From NCBI GenBank assembly GCA_018819225.1, contig JAHJQN010000006.1, forward strand, positions 1 through 27,178: a stretch of DNA of 27,178 bases, in the 5' to 3' direction. Under the pieces are notes generated by a model. It was not told where the DNA came from. It was given only the letters and a program-made list of their open reading frames with translations, and did no database searches. Every line of letters starts with the position of its first letter. The first letter of the stretch is position 1. Made by a program: the position numbers and the translations under genes. Below, one piece after another: positions 1 through 6,640 of this stretch. The stretch is from Candidatus Micrarchaeota archaeon. Its GTDB lineage: Archaea; Micrarchaeota; Micrarchaeia; Norongarragalinales; SBBD01.

Positions 1-2256
1 CTGCTCCTGCACCTCCGGTTCGAAACCCTGCCAGTCAACAGTCGGCGAAGGCGTATCCGTACCCGTGCCCGAAGTAGGAGTCGGCGCCGTCGTCGGAGTA
101 GACGTGCCCGTTGTTCCACCCGTATACCCGCCATTATTGCCGCCGTCGTTACCCCCATCACCACAAATATTCGCATGCGAACACGCGCCATCAGAACACG
201 AATCACTCGTGCAACTATTTCCATCATCACAACTCACACCACAACACAAATCATTTTTCACGCAAACACTCCAAAAACCACTCCCGCAAACACGCGTTCC
301 CCCACACCCACTCACATCACACACCTCCGCCTCACCTTCAACAGCACAAGGCTCAGGAGTCGGCGTAATCGTAACCGTAGGAGTCGCAGTCGCCGTACAC
401 ACACCCAAACAACACACTCCAACACCACAATACCCCGATTCATCTAAAGAACAATCATCCCGCTCACTACAATCATCAAGACACTGACCCCCCAAATCCT
501 CACACGCCTCAACAATCGGCGAAGGAGAACCTTGAGATTCAACGCACTCGGCTTGACACGTGCCCGGATTCTCACAAACAAAATCCGGGCCATAGAGTGA
601 ACACTCAAAATCAGATTCGCAAACTATTTTCTGCTGTCCGCTACAACACCAAGCGTTTTCCGTCAAATACACGCCACCACAACCGCACGCGTTGCCCGCT
701 CCCACTTCCCCCTCCTTGCATTCCAAAAGTAAAATAGCCGCTTCATTCGTTCTCAATGTTATCTCGGAAACTGGACTTAGGGAAAGCGATCCATCCGCTT
801 GAACGACGTAATAGGAATTGCCATAGGGATTGGCTAAACCGTATACTTGAGGATCAACGAACGAGTTGCATCGGGGATCCGTGGAACTCGGAGGACTGCA
901 TTCCTTCAAGGCCTTCCAGCGCCCCAGAACTAAACCGTTCGAAAAATGTCGCGCGACCACCATTCGTTGATAATCAAACGTCGTGCAACTGATCCCGCTG
1001 TCCGGATGATTCCACGAAAAGAACTTGTTGGTTCCAAATTGGCCTTCAAAATCGCGAACTCCCGGCGGATTAATAATGGGTGTCCCGATGTTGATTTCAA
1101 CCATTGGATTGTAATAATCGTATACATTGGAGGAAAACGATTCATCCGCGCCTTCCCAAATGGAGTAATACAAATTGGGGTTGAAAACCAAATAGTATTT
1201 GACCAGAGAGAAAACACGCGTCCAATCCGAATACGGGTAGTTCTGCGTATCCACATGCAAGGGTTTGTTATTGGTGGCGCTTATTGTCCAGGAGTTTTTC
1301 ATGTCCCGGCACGCCTTGCTATGCCACCACGGCATGCTGATTTCAGGCTGCCCTACGTTCGTCGCAACCCATTCCTCGGCATCCAAAAAATCCAACGCGC
1401 TCAGCATCCAAGAAACATACGGAAAATCGGGTTGTAAGTAAAACATGTTGTTTCCGTTCCCGAACCGTTCATACGAACGGCCTTCACGCGCATCCAATTC
1501 GTTCGCAATATAATCAAAATAATCTCGGTGATCCTGGTCGCGAATATACTGCTCGTAATCACTGTCCGGCATGGGAATACCCCAGTACTCAATGGTTTTG
1601 TCACCGTAAGGCGTACGACCCCTCATGACCAACACGTTATCATAAAAAACACCATCCGGAGGAGATGCGCCCCAATAACTAATGATTTCCTGCACTCTCC
1701 ATATACTGAACTCGCGGTATGGTTCGCTGGGATAATGCGGGGATTTCCACACGAGGTAATTGGAAGGCGCCCAATTCGGTACCCGTGCTTCCCATAACCA
1801 TGAAGCAGAAGAACCAGAGCTTTCGCAACCCGTTGCGGGAGTTCCCGTACATTTTAAGGTGACGGGGTCTTCGAGATTGCAACCCGGAAAATCCGTTCCC
1901 CGGTAGGTCACGTCGCACTTATAGTGCATGTACGCGGTTTCCGCTTCCGCGAGCGTATAATCAGAATCCGCAATGAATTGATCGTATTTCGTCTGGTGCC
2001 CATCGGAAAAATACGTGAGCCCTACAAACAAATACGTTTTTACATCCGGATTACGCGTTTTAATTGTGCCGCCAATATTCGCTAGGTTTCCCAAGGCGAC
2101 GTCGTAATGATTGGCTATAAAGTAGGCATCCGTTGTTGTAAAATCGGTATAAAAGGTGTGGAAAATAGTATGTATCCACGGATAATTGTCATAAGCATGA
2201 ACGGAATGGGATAGCATTAAAACAAGGAAAACAGAAAAAATCCACCGAGGATGCAT
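1..2256 (-). CDS. Secreted/surface protein paralog 1 (putative GHL15-like glycoside hydrolase head + Cys-rich and Pro/Thr stalk), 3' end truncated by the window
   Basis: Absent from the ORF track because there is no stop in the window. Manual translation from ATG 2256 is open to base 1: signal peptide MHPRWIFSVFLVLMLSHSVHA, then YDNYPWIHT...IKTRNPDVKT...DGVFYDN...KYYLVFNPNLYY...ARHFSNGLVL, colinear with the 2277..4940 protein, ending ...EVQEQ. Confidence 0.9.
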   Translation of the reverse strand, partial: MHPRWIFSVFLVLMLSHSVHAYDNYPWIHTIFHTFYTDFTTTDAYFIANHYDVALGNLANIGGTIKTRNPDVKTYLFVGLTYFSDGHQTKYDQFIADSDYTLAEAETAYMHYKCDVTYRGTDFPGCNLEDPVTLKCTGTPATGCESSGSSASWLWEARVPNWAPSNYLVWKSPHYPSEPYREFSIWRVQEIISYWGASPPDGVFYDNVLVMRGRTPYGDKTIEYWGIPMPDSDYEQYIRDQDHRDYFDYIANELDAREGRSYERFGNGNNMFYLQPDFPYVSWMLSALDFLDAEEWVATNVGQPEISMPWWHSKACRDMKNSWTISATNNKPLHVDTQNYPYSDWTRVFSLVKYYLVFNPNLYYSIWEGADESFSSNVYDYYNPMVEINIGTPIINPPGVRDFEGQFGTNKFFSWNHPDSGISCTTFDYQRMVVARHFSNGLVLGRWKALKECSPPSSTDPRCNSFVDPQVYGLANPYGNSYYVVQADGSLSLSPVSEITLRTNEAAILLLECKEGEVGAGNACGCGGVYLTENAWCCSGQQKIVCESDFECSLYGPDFVCENPGTCQAECVESQGSPSPIVEACEDLGGQCLDDCSERDDCSLDESGYCGVGVCCLGVCTATATPTVTITPTPEPCAVEGEAEVCDVSGCGGTRVCGSGFWSVCVKNDLCCGVSCDDGNSCTSDSCSDGACSHANICGDGGNDGGNNGGYTGGTTGTSTPTTAPTPTSGTGTDTPSPTVDWQGFEPEVQEQ
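5..129. repeat. 125-bp exact direct repeat, copy 1 (stalk-coding segment shared with 27051..27175)
   Basis: tcctgcacctccggttcg...cccgtataccc is identical at both window ends; the flanking bases differ. Confidence 0.95.
379..514. repeat. 136-bp exact repeat, copy 1 (Cys-rich module shared with 3039..3174)
   Basis: aggagtcgcagtcgcc...cacgcctcaaca is identical at an offset of 2660. Confidence 0.93.
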
Positions 2257-2276
2257 GAAATCGTTACAGAAATCGG

Positions 2277-4940
2277 TTATAAATCGTTTCCGGAATCGGA
2301 TTTTTTGCTCAATATGGATCGAATGACTTGCGAATCGTCATTTTCATCCATCACTTGTTTATCGGAAACCGCCCCGAATTCAGAACGACCTGGAGGAAGT
2401 GCAATCACGTTCCCGGAATCACCCGGAGGCTTCTTGCGCGACGTCGAAGAATAATACAAGGAAATCGCGATAATGATGATCAATCCTCCCAAGGCATACC
2501 ACCAATTAAACGAAGCCTTCGAAGAACGCGCCTTCAAAACCAACTCCTGCAAACGAGCCCGCGCGCGTTCCATTAACGACAACGCCCTCTCCTCATCTCC
2601 CGCATCACTCGCCTCCAACGACTCCTGCATCAACTGCTCAACCCCCCGAATATCCTCACCCGACTCATACATCTCCGTCAACTGCTCCTGCACCTCCGGA
2701 TCCAAACCCTGCCAGTCAACAGTCGGCGAAGGCGTATCCGCACCAACGACAGAAGGAACAGGGGTCGGCGTAGCCGTAGGAAACGGTCCATCATTCGATC
2801 CACCATTATTGCCGCCATCACCACAAACAGCTACATGCGAACAAACCCCACCCGCACACGCATCGCTCGTACAACTATTCCCATCATCACAGTTAACTCC
2901 ACAACACAAATCGGTCTTGACACAAATGGACCATTCACCGGATTCACACGACTGCGAACCGGAACAACCACTAACATCACACGCTCGCGAAATTCCCTCC
3001 TCCTCCGGGGTACAAGGTTCGGGAGTCGGCGTAGCCGAAGGAGTCGCAGTCGCCGTACACACACCCAAACAACACACTCCAACACCACAATACCCCGATT
3101 CATCTAAAGAACAATCATCCCGCTCACTACAATCATCAAGACACTGACCCCCCAAATCCTCACACGCCTCAACAGTCGGCGAAGGCGATCCCTCCGGATC
3201 CGTGCATTCCGCTTGACATGTTCCGGGATTTTCGCAAACCGAACCGCCTCCGAGTATTTGGCACTGAATATCGTTTATACAAACCGTTTTCGGCTGTCCT
3301 CCACAACACCATTGTCCCCCACTTAATTCAATTCCGCCACAACCGCAAGCGGTCCCATCCGGAACTTGTCCTTCATCGCAAGCATTCAATAATAAAGCAA
3401 CTTCATCCGTTCGAAGCGTAATGCTGGAAATGGGATTTGCGGCCAAGGATCCGTCCGTTTGAATCTTATAATAGAGCCCGCCATCGGGATTTGATACAAA
3501 ATGATTCAAATGATATTCCCGGGGATCTTGAAAAGCAGTGCATTCCGGATCGCCTTCCTCCAAGGGGGGGTTACAAAATCGATTGGGTTTGTAGCGCACG
3601 AGTAGCAATCCATTATCAAAATGACGAGCAATCAATAATTCGGGTTGGAAGATATCATTACAACTTAATTGTTGGCCAGGACGCATAAAATCAAAAAACT
3701 TATTGGTGCCTGTTTGTCCGTCAAAATCTTTTACTCCGGGTGGATTAATTTTTGGCATACCAATATTAACTTCCGCCATGGGATTCCAGCGGTAATCCAT
3801 TAATGTTCCGCCGGGTTCTTGTTCCCGAGTCCCATAGTACAAATTGGGATTGGTGACAAGATAGTATTTCGCAATGCCAAATTCACGCGTCCACATATCA
3901 CGGTTCCCACCGGAACCATCATGATTGTAAACTTCCGTATGCAACTTAATTCCATCAATCATAGTATATTGCCAGGCTTCCCTCAAATCCCAGCAATCAA
4001 TGTTCCATGCGGGCCTTTTTTGTTCTCCGTAAGAAGAATGGAATACCCAACCTTCGGGGGTCACGTACTCTAAATTAGCGAGAATCCATTCAATGAATGG
4101 ACCCGTATCAGGAAGGCTGCGAATCCACGCAAATCCGTTCGCATTACCATATCGAAGGAAATGCCTTCCCACATCCGCATCCACTTGATCCATCGTGTTC
4201 AAAAACAAGTCATACAAATCTTGAGTACGCGGGTGCGGTTCAACATCGTCCGAAATACCAGGATAGGTATTCGTATTCTCAATTGTATCGACATATCCAG
4301 GAACATATAGTATATTATCCCAAAAGATGCCGTGCGCTAAATAACCCTCTGGATAATTTTCTTCCACTTCTTGAATACGCCAAGGTGCAAAATCTCGGTA
4401 GGCCCGGCTTTGGTAATTGGGAGTAAACCATTCATACACGTCCCACCAGTCAGGTACGCGTGAGTCTTGCCACCATAAGGCGTTAGATTCTGCACAAACC
4501 GGATTCCGGTTCGGATCTGGAAAGCCCCAACATTCTCCCGTATTCGGGTCCTTCAAGTAACATCCAGGGATTAATCCGGCTCCAAACGATTCCGTGTCAC
4601 AATCGTAATGCAAAAAAGCATCTTCAATTTCGTAATTGCTGTACTGTCCAGGGTTCTCGGAAATAAACCGAAAATATTCGTCTTGCATTCCCGGAGAAAA
4701 ATAACTGAGACTGACAAATTGGAATGTTTTCACATCTGGATTGCGGTCGTGAATCGTTTGGGTAACAGTAGCTAACGCTCCAACCACAATTTCATAATGA
4801 TCAGCAGCAAACACTTTTTCTTGCGAGGTCCAAGAGCGGCCAACCGTCTGTAATGCCGTATGGATCCACGGATAATTATCGTAAGCGGATAACCATGCGG
4901 ACACCAATAGAATACCGATAACAATCGAGGTAAATTTCAT
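2277..4940 (-). CDS. Secreted/surface protein paralog 2 (GHL15-like head, Cys-rich repeats, PT linker, helical domain, C-terminal TM anchor)
   Basis: Likely start MKFTSIVIGILLVSAWLSA (signal peptide, TATA-like tract about 26 nt upstream). Motifs RNPDVKTF, GIFWDN, RHFDNGLLLV, CDDGNSCTSDAC repeat and TM WWYALGGLIIIIAISLYY. The GH assignment is by resemblance only. Confidence 0.88.
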   Translation of the reverse strand: MKFTSIVIGILLVSAWLSAYDNYPWIHTALQTVGRSWTSQEKVFAADHYEIVVGALATVTQTIHDRNPDVKTFQFVSLSYFSPGMQDEYFRFISENPGQYSNYEIEDAFLHYDCDTESFGAGLIPGCYLKDPNTGECWGFPDPNRNPVCAESNALWWQDSRVPDWWDVYEWFTPNYQSRAYRDFAPWRIQEVEENYPEGYLAHGIFWDNILYVPGYVDTIENTNTYPGISDDVEPHPRTQDLYDLFLNTMDQVDADVGRHFLRYGNANGFAWIRSLPDTGPFIEWILANLEYVTPEGWVFHSSYGEQKRPAWNIDCWDLREAWQYTMIDGIKLHTEVYNHDGSGGNRDMWTREFGIAKYYLVTNPNLYYGTREQEPGGTLMDYRWNPMAEVNIGMPKINPPGVKDFDGQTGTNKFFDFMRPGQQLSCNDIFQPELLIARHFDNGLLLVRYKPNRFCNPPLEEGDPECTAFQDPREYHLNHFVSNPDGGLYYKIQTDGSLAANPISSITLRTDEVALLLNACDEGQVPDGTACGCGGIELSGGQWCCGGQPKTVCINDIQCQILGGGSVCENPGTCQAECTDPEGSPSPTVEACEDLGGQCLDDCSERDDCSLDESGYCGVGVCCLGVCTATATPSATPTPEPCTPEEEGISRACDVSGCSGSQSCESGEWSICVKTDLCCGVNCDDGNSCTSDACAGGVCSHVAVCGDGGNNGGSNDGPFPTATPTPVPSVVGADTPSPTVDWQGLDPEVQEQLTEMYESGEDIRGVEQLMQESLEASDAGDEERALSLMERARARLQELVLKARSSKASFNWWYALGGLIIIIAISLYYSSTSRKKPPGDSGNVIALPPGRSEFGAVSDKQVMDENDDSQVIRSILSKKSDSGNDL
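3039..3174. repeat. 136-bp exact repeat, copy 2
   Basis: Identical to 379..514. Confidence 0.93.
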
Positions 4941-4972
4941 TATAAGAACGAACAACGCACTCCATAAAAAGG

Positions 4973-5764
4973 TTATGCGGGATGCACACTGCAATTCCGG
5001 CGCTTCGGAACCTCGAATATTTGAAACGAGTTCTTCAAGCCATCGTGCAGCAGGAACTTGCCCACTAAATTTTCTTGCGCATTCAATGAAGGCATTTGCA
5101 ACTTCAAGAATTCATTTACTTGCAGCGCTGCAATGACGCTGGTGGTCGTCGGAAGCGCTGGCATCTTCGCATCCAATACATCCAAAAACTCGCCGACGCA
5201 CGAATACTTTTTCCACAACAAACGGTAATCGATTTGGGAAAGCGTGCACTCCAGGCACGAACTATCTCCCGCTACCACCTGCACTTTCCCTTGAAAACCA
5301 AACGTGCCGCCATCGACAACCGGAAATTTTCCGTACGAATGCGCGTTCAAGTGCAAGCGCGCATTCAAATTATCCACACACGAAAACGCGGCGTCAAATC
5401 CCTCAAAAAAAGATTCCGGGAGATCCTCAATTTTTTTTAACTCCACGCGAACCTGCGATAACGGGAAAAAATCGTGCGATCGATCGCGAATAACTTCCGC
5501 TTTGAAACGGCCGTTCTCCGCGTCCTCGGGAGTGAAGAAAACGCAGCGGTTCAGATTCGCCTGCGCCACGGTATCAAAATCCACTAACGTGATCCGGTTA
5601 ACACCCAATTGAAGCAAATGCTTGCAGACCTCGTTCCCGAGTGCCCCTGCTCCGACCACAAGCACTTTCGCATCCGAGATCGCACTCTGCATCCAGTGGC
5701 TCACGCGCTTCTGACGATCCCAGTGATCTTTATCCACATCCATGAAGGAACTAATCAAAGACAC
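4973..5764 (-). CDS. ThiF/E1 family ubiquitin-like-protein activating enzyme (start may be ATG 5743)
   Basis: DRQ..., VLVVGAGALGNE Rossmann motif, DFDTVAQANLNR, CVDN...AR, DGGTFGFQG, CLEC and C-terminal CSVH Zn ligands, YSC candidate catalytic Cys. Confidence 0.93.
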   Translation of the reverse strand: MSLISSFMDVDKDHWDRQKRVSHWMQSAISDAKVLVVGAGALGNEVCKHLLQLGVNRITLVDFDTVAQANLNRCVFFTPEDAENGRFKAEVIRDRSHDFFPLSQVRVELKKIEDLPESFFEGFDAAFSCVDNLNARLHLNAHSYGKFPVVDGGTFGFQGKVQVVAGDSSCLECTLSQIDYRLLWKKYSCVGEFLDVLDAKMPALPTTTSVIAALQVNEFLKLQMPSLNAQENLVGKFLLHDGLKNSFQIFEVPKRRNCSVHPA

Positions 5765-5766
5765 AT

Positions 5767-5774
5767 TATTTAAA
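5767..5774. promoter_or_regulatory. Putative bidirectional TATA box between the divergent E1 and dtdA genes
   Basis: ttatttaaac tract about 30 nt before dtdA ATG 5804 and about 26 nt before ATG 5743 on the minus strand. Confidence 0.5.
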
Positions 5775-5803
5775 CTTCATCCGCTTGAAGAAACGCGTTC
5801 CTC

Positions 5804-6640
5804 ATGCCCCTGATCGCGTTCAGCAAAGATAATTTGGCTGGAGAAGTCATTGCGCGTCAACTGATTGAGCGCCATCAATTCGATCCCCAGCCCGAAATCG
5901 TTACTCCCGATACCAGATATGCTTTTCGAAACTGGAAAAACAAGGAGGGATTGCAGCTCATTGAAATCCAGACCACGCACCTCTTTTCCGACTACTTGAA
6001 AGACTATCCGTTGTTCAATGACTCGGATCTCCTCATTTTCGCAAGCACGCACCGCTCCGCAGCCGTCAAACCGTGCGTGACCACGCACCTCGTCGGAAAC
6101 TGGGGGGAAGAAGCGAAACTCGGGGGAACACCCCGCGAGCTAGGTTTCGCATCCGCGCATGCATTGAAATGCGCCTACGAATTTCTTTCCCAACCCGAAA
6201 ACGCCGTAGAGCATTTTCCTCCGTTCATGGAAGCGACGCACCACGGGCCCACCCGATTGAACGCGCCCATATTGTTTATGGAAGTGGGGAGCTCGGAAAA
6301 CGAGTGGAAGGAAGAAAAGCCAGCGGTCAAAGTCGCTGAAGGCATTTTGCACGTGTGCAAGCACTGGAAGGAATCCAAAGGAAAGGTGGCGTTGGGATTC
6401 GGAGGCATGCATTATGCGCCGAAGTTCTCGAAACTCGAGCTCGAAGAATACGCGTTTTCCCATATCGCGAGCAAGCACGTGGCACCGAGCATGACGAAAG
6501 AAATGGTGGAGCACGCCATGGCGAAAACCATTGAAAAAGTGGAAATCGGCATTATTGAAAAAAAGAGTCTGAAAAGTGAGGATCGCCATCACGTCATCCA
6601 AGCATTAGAGCAAGCGAATTTACCCTACCTCTTAGTTTGA
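5804..6640 (+). CDS. dtdA: Archaeal D-aminoacyl-tRNA deacylase
   Basis: ASTHRS, TTHLVGNW, EATHHGPT, FMEVGSSENEW and GFGGMHYAPKF motifs. Confidence 0.95.
   Translation: MPLIAFSKDNLAGEVIARQLIERHQFDPQPEIVTPDTRYAFRNWKNKEGLQLIEIQTTHLFSDYLKDYPLFNDSDLLIFASTHRSAAVKPCVTTHLVGNWGEEAKLGGTPRELGFASAHALKCAYEFLSQPENAVEHFPPFMEATHHGPTRLNAPILFMEVGSSENEWKEEKPAVKVAEGILHVCKHWKESKGKVALGFGGMHYAPKFSKLELEEYAFSHIASKHVAPSMTKEMVEHAMAKTIEKVEIGIIEKKSLKSEDRHHVIQALEQANLPYLLV

Noticed and set aside
65-487. Plus-strand His/Thr/Pro-rich ORFs (also 2473..3147 and 2835..3107)
   Set aside because: Antisense shadows of the G/T-biased minus-strand surface-protein genes.
379-3174. Diversity-generating retroelement TR/VR pair
   Set aside because: The repeats are exact and both are coding; no adenine-specific mismatch pattern and no reverse transcriptase were seen.
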